A stretch of 62,951 bases of DNA, the filler included, from Globobulimina sp. (lineage: Eukaryota), in assembly GCA_003354225.1 (NCBI GenBank). It is 22 parts of 22 records of this genome, joined end to end, with 100 filler letters (N's around TTAATTAATTAA, not from the genome) between each part and the next. Parts side by side here need not be neighbours in the genome. Positions count along the whole stretch, not along the records: positions 51,596 to 54,360 come from PIVH01004991.1; positions 54,461 to 57,224 come from PIVH01004992.1; positions 57,325 to 60,088 come from PIVH01004993.1; positions 60,189 to 62,951 come from PIVH01004994.1; 18 more parts are not named here. One strand, given 5' to 3'. The notes under the pieces were generated by a model. It did no database searches and was not told the DNA's origin. It saw nothing but the letters and a program-made list of their open reading frames with translations. Of this stretch, positions 51,869-62,951 are shown piece after piece (the stretch's first letter is position 1; the number at the start of each line of letters is the position of its first letter). A program made the translations under genes and the position numbers.

Positions 51869-52223
51869 CAAATTTTTAAACTCAACTTGGGCATGATTTT
51901 GAAGGGAAAACTGACACCTTCACCTTAGGCTAACTTGGACCACATTCCTCTTAGATTAAAAACAGCTTAAATAAGTGATTCTGTTCATGGCTTGAATTAA
52001 ACAGTCCGACAATAAAATAAATAAGTACAGCAACGTTGTTTGAATCTGACTTTGATTAATTGTACACAAAAAAATGATACAAACACACATAAATCAAACA
52101 AAACAAAAATACATCATATCAATGGTGGTGGCATATTCTGGTTTGTTATAAATGTTTGTCGCATATTGTTATTGTTAATATATCGCATCCTTGTTTTAAA
52201 GAGCATCCTGTCGCAACTTGTAC

Positions 52224-53961
52224 ATGTTTGAGTGGATGATGTGTATTTTGCAATTGGTGGATGTCGACTTAGTGTCGGCGTATGGAACATGCGATGACGT
52301 CTTCCACATTGAGAAATATACGGTGGCTTCGACGGACTCGTACCGCGAAGCTTATTATTCGTACATAATCTTTGCTTATCTGAACCCGTCAGACACGGAG
52401 CACTTCATTCAAGGCCAATGTGCGGAAGGAATGAAGGTGGAATTACCCGATACCTGCTTCAAAATCCATGCTCCGACCACTTGGCAGCACGACGAAGGAT
52501 TATTAAGTGTGCAAACTTGGGAGAAAAAATGGACAAAGAAATGGAAGCATGTCATGTCGGACAAAGCTACAACATTTAATTTTGATGCTTTCCTCGATTT
52601 CAACATTGCATTTTGGGTCAAATCGTTGGATGCATACATTGAAGAATGGCAAGCTTTCAATTTGAACGGCGATGCTTCGGAGCCATTGTATGGTTCGGCT
52701 CAATTGGAATATATTGGAATTGAATGGTTTTATGATGCAAACGCCGTGAATATGGATCTAGAAATCGAGGATGCGGAGTATAAGAATAATAAATGGTATT
52801 CGATTTTGGTTCATTCGCCAGACTCGGCCATGATTTATGAATTTATGTCATATGCAAAGCCAAAGAATTATGAGAATGTGGCGTGGATTGATAGCAATAT
52901 GCAAAGAGCCACATTCTTGGCCTTTGATGTTTTGCCGTGGAAGCGACCTGATTCGACGCCAATTGTTCCAGTCCGAATAAGTCGGGCAAGCACCGATATT
53001 GCCGCAATGACTGAGTTTTATGTCAATGTGATGGAAGCGCAGATATTATATAATCCGGACTTATTTGTTGATGGTTTGGGTGGAGATAATGTGGAGACAT
53101 TGACAGTGTTTTTGGTGGCTGGTGACTCGCAGATTGAGTTGCAATTTTTGGAGCGATCCAGTTGGTATACGGCTGGTGATTTTGGCTTGAAACAGTATGA
53201 AGATTTGCTGCTTGAAACGCATGACTCAGTGATAACAGACCCGTTTTGTGGCATTGATCGATGGTTTGATAATCATTATGGTTTCAGCACATGGTCCAAC
53301 ACCGTGAATGGAGTGACTTTTATGGATCGCATTATCTCGCAGTTGAATCTGAGAAATGAGCAAAAATATAGAATTTATCAGACTCCCTATGAGCATTCCA
53401 GTGCTTTTGGCAAAATGAATTTGGATAAATATGGGGCGACGACAACTTACATTATGTTTGTGTTTGAGCCATCGGGACAAACTATTCAGTTGATGGGGGA
53501 TTTGAAAGTCACTAGTTTTGCTGCATCGCGGTATCGATATCGGTCAGCATCCACAGAGCAGATGGTTCCGCAATGGAGTATTTTTTCTTTTGTTTTTGTA
53601 TTTTATATTATATATATTTTGTATTTTTTTAGATGCTCAATGGTGTTATACGCGATGTCCCGATGGAATGATGGATGGTGTTGTTGACCCAAATCATATT
53701 TATGTTGATCAGGAAGTTTATGACGATTTGTATGATGATTATAATGACCGACAGAAAAGGGATACAAATACAATTCAAGCCATATCAATGTGGAGCCATA
53801 CTCATAGCAACCAAAGTTATTATGGCATAGTATCTGAATGGATGATTGGAGGCAGTGTATTGGTTTTCGTTGTTTTATATTTCGTTTGCAAAAAATGTTC
53901 AAAACAATATGGTTCATATAATGATACGGAGCAAATGCCATTGATATCTGGGATGCATTGA
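52224..53961 (+). CDS. Surface protein with possible VOC/glyoxalase-like fold and C-terminal TM (intron 53578-53632)
   Basis: RISRASTDIAAMTEFYVNVM...ELQF and FVFEPSGQTIQL resemble VOC strands. The intron joins a TM-bearing exon. Confidence 0.55.
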
Positions 53962-54208
53962 ATTTCATTCACTTTAAATAAATAACTTGTTACGTTATTA
54001 ACACAAACCAGATGTACATTATTTTCTTTTTTTTTAAATGCAAGTTTTTATAAATGTTTGAACATGTTATTTTTGTGTTTTTGTGTTTTTGTCTATATTT
54101 TTGTAACAATTTAGGATATTTTTTTTTAGCATGAATCAATAACATTGCGAGGTGTCACATAAAACCCAGAAGCTGTATAGTTACTTTTTTACTTCGAGAT
54201 ATTGTAAA

Positions 54209-54360
54209 ATGACAACTCGTACAATAATTGCGGTATTATTTTTGTGTTTGGTTCATTCAAACTCTTCAGACGATTCAACCGCATGTTTCACTTCCGATGG
54301 TTCATTGGTTATGACAGATTATGGATGTATACAAGGTGCTGTTGAAGAAACATCCCGGTC
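54209..54360 (+). CDS. Secreted protein N-terminus, possibly type-B carboxylesterase
   Basis: Signal peptide followed by V.TDYG.IQG; only about 50 aa visible. Confidence 0.4.
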
Positions 54361-54460
54361 NNNNNNNNNNNNNNNNNNNNNNNNNNNNNNNNNNNNNNNN
54401 NNNNTTAATTAATTAANNNNNNNNNNNNNNNNNNNNNNNNNNNNNNNNNNNNNNNNNNNN

Positions 54461-55640
54461 TTTTCATCCGTTTTATCCAAACATAATTTTACTTTGTTAC
54501 AAATCTCAGAAATCTCTGATAATCACAGTAAACAACAAAAACCTAAAAAGCAGGAATTACCCTTTGTAGATTTAACATGTTCAGAAAACCGAAATAAAAA
54601 CAGTAATAATTCCTATCTATGCAAGAAACCAAATGTTAACTATTCACGAACCAGTAAGAAAAACGCACAGTCGCTGTTTAGCAACTTTCTGGATTTATGT
54701 TCATCGGAATCTGATGGTGAAAGTGAGATAAATCTAAATAAGACTCCGTTCATTGATGATAGAAAAGGTTTTATCCCATCATTGCCAATCAAAACACCAT
54801 CGATTGAAAATAAAAAAATTACAAAGAACCGGAAGCAAAGAATCGTGCCTAAAAAAATGGAAAACATTAATAAAAAGCTATGCGATCAAGTATTGAGTTA
54901 CAAAGAATTTAAAAAACAAAGAGATGAAGTTTTGTTTTATATGCATTGGTTGTCTATAATTAATTATATAATACATTCAGTTTACATTATGGTTTTTTAA
55001 TGTATTAAACAAGAAAGCATTTGAACAGAAATTGGCATTGAATGATAATTTAACATATTCGTGGTGCAAAACGCTGAATAAAACAGCCGGAGATTGCAGA
55101 CTGATCACAAGGAACAAAGCAAGAAAAGCACATATTAGACTGGCTACAAAAATATTGGATACATTGGAGAAATTAAAGCAAACACTGTGCCATGAAATGT
55201 GTCACGCCATGGCTTGGATTGTAGACTCGAGTAAAAAACCGCCGCATGGCTCGCATTTTAGATATTGGGGCAATAGGGCTCAAGCAGCCTTTACTGACAT
55301 TTGTGTCACAACTTGTCATAATTACAAAATCAAATATAAGTTCCAATGGCAATGTGTTGAATGTCAATATGTGTTCGGAAGACATTCTAAATCGATTAAG
55401 ATTGAGAGGCATCGATGTGGAGTTTGTAAAGGGATGTTGCAATTTTTAGGCAGATTGAAACCCGATGGGAGCTATGTTAAAACACAAAAGAAAGCACCAT
55501 CTAAATTTACTATTTTTTTGAAAGAAAATATGAGTGCAATAAAAAAACAATATCCTGCCGCCAAACATGGTGATGTTATGAAGATTTTGTCGGAAAAATA
55601 TAAATTGTCCAATCAAAATAAAGGAAAAGCAATAAGCTAA
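54461..55640 (+). CDS. GCNA: GCNA/ACRC-like SprT metalloprotease with zinc ribbon and HMG-like box (5' partial; intron 54929-54980)
   Basis: Disordered N-terminus with SIM-like FVDLT/FLDLC; L.KTAG, TLCHEMCH, PPHG..F..W, TTCHNY.I.YKF.W.C..C...GRHSKS, F..F.KEN...IK.....H.DVM..LS. Confidence 0.85.
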
Positions 55641-55808
55641 TGATATATAGAAAGGCAACTTAGGTGAACATTGAAAATGTTCCCATTTTGTTGCCTATAT
55701 ATAACCATGCAATGTTACTAAATAGCATAGTATTCTTGCATATTTTATGAAATTATTTGCGAACATCTTTCCAAGCATAAAAACTGCCATATTTTTTAGC
55801 AAAACTAA

Positions 55809-56630
55809 ATGGCGCATGACGACATGTTTACTGTCTTTGTATTTACCATGTTTGTATTCATTGGCTTACATTTATTTTTCCTAAGCCTTGAAATTGGTTG
55901 GAAACATGTGAGATTACGAACAATGGGCAAATTAACGCATGGCATTGTACATCATAAGCAATCTAAAGGAGTCAACAAATATTACTTATTCTACGAATTT
56001 ATGGCAGTGGACCTAGCATCTCTGAAACATCACATAATAACGCAACGTTGTGGTGTTTCGAAATATATTTTTGACGATTACAAAGAAGGCGATCTCATAA
56101 ATATCACATTTTTGCCACAGAGACCAAAGGTATATAACACATACATTGTGAGATAAAATGAATATTTTTCGTGTGTTTTGTACCAATTGCCAAAGGATAA
56201 CATGATCGAAGAAAACAAAAACGATGCATGTTGCTGCTTTTTGTCCATATTCACACTCACAGTATTTTCTGTCGTATGGATGGCAATCCCTTTTCTTTGG
56301 GCCTCCGTGGTTGATCCACAAAATTATAAAATTGACCTCACAGTCATTGTGACGTTTGGTGTGGCGTTTTGTTTATGGTCAATCTCACGATTGGTATGTT
56401 GGAAATGTTGGAAATCTAAATCATATCGGAAACGTGAAGCAAATGAATATGAAATGAGACAATTTGCAGTGGTCAGCACCTATGCATTGACTCCAAGATT
56501 GACTGTTGATACCCTTAATGTGTCGAGTGTGGCTCAAACTAATTTATTCCTGGCTGGAGCTGGACAGCCAAAGTTACCAAACATCAAAACACAAAAAGAT
56601 GGATATATTTATCGGTTACAGAAATATTGA
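55809..56630 (+). CDS. Small membrane protein, 3 TM (intron 56130-56195)
   Basis: Two ORFs in the same frame separated by a GT-AG intron that contains the stop. Confidence 0.6.
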
Positions 56631-56913
56631 GAGTCATGGGCTGGCCATTCAAAATTTGCAATTTGCAATTTGCAACTTGTATTTATATTTTATGTTAGAT
56701 ATTTTTGGGCTTTCCTCTATACATCGTTCCGTCGAAAATAAGAAGTTCATTCGTTTGAGTTTGCTAAAAACGTTTTCAGGGTTTGTTAAGCAGTTTGATT
56801 TCGAAAATTAAGTTGTGAAGACTTTTCAAACAGAAAACATACTTAAGTATCAATTATTAATGTCACCAACAGCAAATTAAAACGTAATACACCAGAGCAA
56901 AATAATCAAGAAT

Positions 56914-57224
56914 ATGCCAACATTCTTATGTTTCAATTGCAAAGCACGCAAACCGAAATTTGGTGACACTAAATGGGAAATAGCACTTACAATAGTAACA
57001 ATAACACTGTTCCTTTTATCATTTGTAGAGATTGTAGCCTTTGCACAGTACTCTGCAGTTTTTAGCTCAGCAGTAGCCTCAGGTTGTTGTGGTGTCATCG
57101 AAGAGAATTCTTGGCCCGCTGACGGCGCTGTGTGTCACGAACAAGACATTGCCGATTCACAGATACACAAACACGTTTTTAATGGATCTGTATTATGTGT
57201 CGTAAATGATATAGTTTGTGAAGA
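56914..57224 (+). CDS. Membrane protein N-terminal fragment
   Basis: ATG ORF with one TM helix and a Cys-rich loop, running into the spacer. Confidence 0.45.
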
Positions 57225-57324
57225 NNNNNNNNNNNNNNNNNNNNNNNNNNNNNNNNNNNNNNNNNNNNTTAATTAATTAANNNNNNNNNNNNNNNNNNNN
57301 NNNNNNNNNNNNNNNNNNNNNNNN

Positions 57325-59350
57325 ATCAATAAAATGGAGGCCATCATCCAAAGCAAATGCAAAATGGGAAGATTTGGGTGTTGCTATTTTTAATTTGTGT
57401 TTAATATGCAATATGTGATGCAATTTGCGGTATCGTTTAATTATTTCATTTCGATGTGCAATGCAAACATAATCATCACTCAATGCATCGTTACACAGAG
57501 TATATGCCAACGCATATTGTCTTAAATGATGATGTAATAATAATGCCAATCTACAAAACCATTTCCCGCGTTTGTATGAATAGGGCTGCGATGATAATAA
57601 CTGTTGATATATGGAGCAGCAGTTTGAATGTTGCTTTTTATTCAATTTTTCCATCACATCACTGACTCCGCGATGCAGTGTGGCGGAATAAATAAAAATG
57701 TCACGATATACACAGACAAATGAATTAATACAATCCATATTATCCATATTCAGTGCAGTCAATTCCTTTACTTTTTTGGCACAGTCCTCAATTTTTGCAA
57801 TTAATTCAGACTCATTTGTTTGTTTTGCATTTTTTATGTACAATGCGTAGATTTCATCATATTCTGATCTGAATTGTAAGGCGTTGCAATAATTAATAAA
57901 TATGTGTTTGGTGGGAAATATTAATGTGTCTCTTTGGTTGCCATCAAATACTTTATATTTCGGATATTTCCTCATTCCAAACACACTCATTACGGAGTCT
58001 TGAATGCTTTGATGCGGACTCAGATAAAATAATAATTGGCATTTCTTCAAAAACTCCATTGTTTCAGCAGACATCGCAACATATTCACCAATAATTTTGT
58101 GGCATTTCTTTAAAAAGCCAGTATTTTCTGATAATTTCTCACCAAAAATTGTTTGTTGTGTCTCAATTTGATGCATTATGCTTTGGATTAATTGTTTGCA
58201 GTTTTTCCCATTTTTTTGAACTTTTAATCCGGTTTTATTGCTGATTTGAATTAAAATCTTTTTATCCACACAACTCAATAAATCTTGACTGATATCACAT
58301 TGTTGGGATTGCCTTAATATTCCATGTTGAACCAATATAAAAAGTGCATTTTCAACATTGTTAATTTCATGATATGACAAAGAATTTGTTTTGAACCATT
58401 TCACTTTTCTTAACATTAAGCGACTTAATAACTTGACAGCATTTTTATTTTTATCTGCCAATTCAACCATTTTTGTCAAGAAATCCAATTCTTTCTCTTC
58501 AAATAAATGTGCATATTTTTTCAAACAAGACACCAAAATATTTGATAATATATTAAAATATAAATCTTTTCTATCTTTGTTTTCATTTATTATTACACGC
58601 AAATCATTTATTTTATTCCTTATTTGTTTGCAATTGGAATTATTGGGTGATATACAAATATGTATTCGAATAATTGCATCTCTCTCATCATGCAAATATT
58701 TATATGCACAGATTTGAACATTTTCATATTTCATTAAAGCACAAAAATATTCACTCATTGTTTGTGGCAAATATCCCAATCCAATGACTGATTTCTGCCA
58801 TTTATCACATTTAACCACAACAATGGCATTTTGATCGACGGCATTATCAAATTCATGAAGCAAATCCAAATAAAAATGTGGCTTTGAATGGTAATCATTT
58901 CGATGCAGTTTATAAGTTTTATATGTTTTATTTGAACAGAATTTGTGTCCAACAATACGTTGATCGAAATATGTGCATTCCATATCATTTGTGTCTGGCA
59001 ATAACAACAAAGAAGTACAGAATTTATTTTTACATTCAAATTGTTCATATTCTTCTTTTTCTTTCTCGTCGTCATCCACATCCATTGATTCTTTCATAAT
59101 GCAAAATTTTATTCGTTTATTATCCATATCCATATCCTTCTCATTTTCCTCTCTTTTCCGCTTCCTCGAGTTTCTTGTTTCATTTTTGCATTAATTTATC
59201 AAAATATTGCGTCAGATCAGATTGTGTTTGAGTTAATGTCTTGTTTTGTTGTAGGAATAGCCTGCAATTCGAATCAATGTGAACATTAATATTTTGAATA
59301 TTTACTCTTTTGTTGCATAGAGAACAAACACAAACACAAACAGCTGGCAT
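57325..59350 (-). CDS. FAN1: FAN1 nuclease (UBZ, PIP-like box, HIRAN-like, helical/TPR; VRR-NUC beyond contig end), +1 frame break at 59180-59190
   Basis: CSLC......NVHIDSNC; KLLSRLMLRKVKWF...LSYHEI; YPKY.....IF......Y; RGKWFCRLALLLHHHL. Confidence 0.85.
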
Positions 59351-59419
59351 GTTTTCTAAATTTTTTTTTAGAGAAAGAGTGAAGAAGGAATTAAACACAA
59401 GGCATACTTTTAACGCTGT

Positions 59420-59450
<31 letters not shown>

Positions 59451-59519
59451 GTTGTTTAACAGAAAACAGATTGAAGGACGGAAGAAAAGATGTTGTTTAA
59501 CATTGTACAGTTTGAACAT

Positions 59520-60088
59520 TTATAATTTGAGATGTTGTTTTGCAATGATGATCGGTGTCGGAACTGCTTTTATTTTGTCAGTGGCAGAATATCCAGATTG
59601 TGATTCATTTAATTTGATTTGCATACTTATTTTCTTTTGTCTTTGCTCATCATCGCATGACTTGATAATGGGATGGATTTTATTTTGAATGCACTCATTT
59701 CTATAATTATAAACAATGAATTTGTGTCTTATGGCATCTTCAGACGTATATCTTGTCAATGGATTCAAATCTAACAAAGCTGATAATAAATCAATCAAAC
59801 ACAGAAATTCTGCATCTTCTTCTAATTCCAATTCGCCATTGAAATTTAATTTAATTTTAGCAATTCTCTGATTTTTTAATGTAAGATATGTGGATCCGGA
59901 TTCATTACCAATTTGAATGTCGTTTATATAATCATCATAATGCAGTGATTTATGTGCATTGTAAACATATGCTGGAAATGCAGATAACTTGGCACCTATT
60001 CTAGACACAACATGATGTGGATTAAGTTTATTCGTTGCAAATAATCGTTTTCTTTCATTCAATTTATTCAAAGATGTCAATTCAAATA
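59520..60088 (-). CDS. C-terminal end of a protein kinase (CMGC-like; 5' partial)
   Basis: Subdomain XI: LIDLLSALLDLNPLTRYTSEDAIRHKFI. Confidence 0.65.
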
Positions 60089-60188
60089 NNNNNNNNNNNN
60101 NNNNNNNNNNNNNNNNNNNNNNNNNNNNNNNNTTAATTAATTAANNNNNNNNNNNNNNNNNNNNNNNNNNNNNNNNNNNNNNNNNNNN

Positions 60189-62951
60189 GATGAAATTAGT
60201 GATATTACGCCACTCATAGAACTTCGTCAAGGTTTATTACTAAATCGCAGCAAATCACACTTCAAATTAAACCATTTAAAATACGCTTTGATCGATTCTG
60301 CAGAGTGCATCAGATCCACACACAAAACCTTATTATTTTACAAAGCACACTTTTGTCGCGCTGAAATCTATAAAACTATCGGTGATTTTAAAAATGCCAT
60401 TTCGCATTGCGATCAAATATTGAATGTATGTATCCATTCCATTCCTTTCCAATCACAACTTTGTAAATTATCCTTGCACAATAAATGCAAAAACAAAAAA
60501 GCACAACAGTTCATCCTTAAATATGAGTGCCTTACTATCGCGAGCCAAGAAATTAAAAATACAAATCAAGGAACAAAGTCTATTAAAATCCAGCAAAAAA
60601 TCCAAAAAACATCGCTCTCGCCGCCCCAATAATATCTTAAATGCAATGTCGATGTCAATGGGTGAGCACCGCCAACGCATTGAAACAATACAACGTCAAA
60701 AGCCACCGTCCAACAGCAACAGCAACACTGTCGCCTTAGTCGTGTCCTCCAAATGGTGGCGGAAATGGTACAATCTCGACGGCAATGCCAAATTAAATGA
60801 AATCGACATGAACATATTAATCGTAGACAACTCCAATTTAACCAATGTCGACCACAAAGAGGACGAAAAACAACAACGACCCATTGATACCATCGAGATT
60901 TCCTCCGTTTATTTAGATTATAATTTGCGTCCAAATCTATCCCTCGGCCTCCGCAATGATTTCATTATTTTAAAATTCTCCGCCTTCCAGGAAATGGTGA
61001 AAATGGGCTACAAAATACAGCCACCCATTTGGGTGAAAACCAGCGATAATAATTCCATCGAACTGTATAAGACCCAATTCACCATCCTTTACAATGACAA
61101 ATATGTCCATTTATTAAGTTCCATAAACGAAACCATTCGCAAAGTGGCCACCGAGATCGCGCGCCATTTCGTGATCCAGTCCTCGTCCATCCGCCTCCGC
61201 TACAAAAACGCCAACGGCGCCATCTTAGACCGATCGCATACTTTGGCGCAGCACGAATTAGATATAGACAAAATAATTTACGTCGAAATGCGGCTTCCCA
61301 ATGGCTGCTGGCCCATAAACCACAAAACAGATAAATACATCAAGAAAAAATCTGAGCAGGACACGATTATTTGCCATGCCTGCCATCGTATCATCAGTCA
61401 CTATGTAAACTGCACCCAATGCGATGAGGGCATCCACGGTGCAAAATATTGCAATCGGCGCCATTTATGCGCGCATTTGGAATATCACAACTTAGAGCAC
61501 AAAATGGATTTGCGTGTGACGGGGAGGTTTGGTATCTGCGGCCTGGACAATTTGGGCAATTCTTGTTATATGAACAGCAGTTTACAGTGTTTGAGCTCCA
61601 TTGCCGAGCTGCGATCGTATCTAATTTGCAATGATTACCTCGCGGACATCAATACAGATAATCCCTTGGGACACAAAGGTGCGTTATCCAAGATATTTGC
61701 GCGCTTTTTGCAGAAAATGTGGTTTGGTCTGAACCCCACCGTATCGCCGAAACCAATGCGCCACGCCATTGCCCAATTGCACTCGCAATGGAATACTGAC
61801 CAACAGCAGGACGCCGAGGAATTTTTAACGTGGCTCTTGGACGGTTTGCACGAAGATTTGAACCTAATTCACGACAAACCGTATTATGAGCTCGCGGATA
61901 GCAACAACCGATTGGACGAAATCGTGGCGAATGAACATTGGACTCTGCATTTAAAACGGAATCAGTCCATCATTGTGGACCTATTTCAAGGACAATACAA
62001 ATCTACATTGCAGTGTCCCTGTTGCGATAATATCAGTGTCAAATTCGACCCGTTCAGTTCTCTGACGCTGCCCATACCGGACAAGGACAGCATGCTCAGT
62101 GTGACTTGTTTGGTGTTTCCGGCGGACAGCGCCAATCCGTTCCCGTTTAAGTTAACGGTGAATGTGTCTGAAAAGGCGGTGGGCACTCAGTTGACTGACG
62201 TGCTGCGCGAGAAATTGAAGGGAAAATTGCACGGCGAGTATGAGTTATTGATCTGCAAAGTGATTGAGAATAAGTTTGGGAAATATTGGTCGTGTTCGCG
62301 CCCTGTAAAGAAAGTGGTGAGCACCAACCGTAACTATACGTATATCTATCAAACGAAAACCAAAACCATCGCCAAACGGAAGCAGGACGATTTGGTGCAG
62401 GTTCGGATGAATTTTTGTTACAAGTTACAAGAAGCACCGTCGTCTTCCAGTGGCGGTTCGGATGACAATCTGCAAGTTCTTAAGGTTAATAATAATGCGT
62501 TGGGTGGCGATAAGCGTATCTTTTTTGCGCATCCTATGGTATTTGATGTGTTGTTGACGGAGTTTACGGGGAATAATATGTATGAAATATTTAAACGACG
62601 ATTTAAGTCCTTTTGCAGGCGGAAGGGGAAAGGGAAGGATGTGAGTGAGAGCAAGGAGGAAGAAATGGCATTGATCCATATGTATTTACGGAAAGAAGGG
62701 GCGGATAAAGAGATAGATATTGATAGCGATGAACGCATTGCACTGACGAATGACAGTCGAAATGTGGCGACTGTCAATGTAGAATTTAGCGAATATGAAT
62801 ATAAATTGTATGTGGATCGGTTGCTGGCAGTGTATGACGAGGATTTTGATAAGTTATCCGATGCAAAACCCAAGAATGGAATTGATATTTATGATTGTTT
62901 GAAGTTGTACACTGCAGCGGAAGTGTTGGATGATATTGTTTGGAAATGTCC
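60189..62951 (+). CDS. USP4/11/15/32-like deubiquitinase: TPR-DUSP-UBL-MYND-like-USP (both ends partial; probable intron 60426-60501); absent from ORF track
   Basis: Frame +1 from 60424 onward: GICGLDNLGNSCYMNSSLQCL (Cys at 61564), INTDNPLG, QQQDAEEFL..LLDGLHEDLN, SIIVDLFQGQYKS.LQCPCC...KFDPF..LTLPIP. Confidence 0.93.

Overview
This is not one locus. It is 22 unrelated contigs of 2763-2768 bp, sorted by decreasing length and joined by an identical artificial 100-bp spacer (44 N + TTAATTAATTAA + 44 N), so neighbourhood across spacers means nothing. The DNA is AT-rich, gene-dense eukaryotic nuclear sequence with the standard genetic code and short GT-AG introns (mostly 50-75 nt). Gene content suggests a protist; my unverified inference is a foraminiferan-like rhizarian. 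Recognisable genes: PGAM5, nucleoside hydrolase, PEN-2, a MATE transporter, a TLDc protein, an RBR E3 ligase, UEV/Mms2, a GCNA-like SprT protease, FAN1, a USP deubiquitinase missed by the ORF track, Ras and Arf GTPases, a LINE endonuclease remnant and a tRNA-like gene. Strongest leads: (1) three paralogous ADP-ribosyltransferase-fold proteins on independent contigs, all with His replacing the catalytic Arg (HG...STS/STT...ExE), implying a large expanded family; (2) a VAMP7-type SNARE with an ITIH-like VIT-vWA module inserted between longin and SNARE domains; (3) an Arf1-like GTPase with a Q71R-equivalent change and a long C-terminal extension; (4) a FAN1 gene interrupted by an AAA-TGA +1 frameshift. 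All family calls come from reading motifs by eye; no searches were run.
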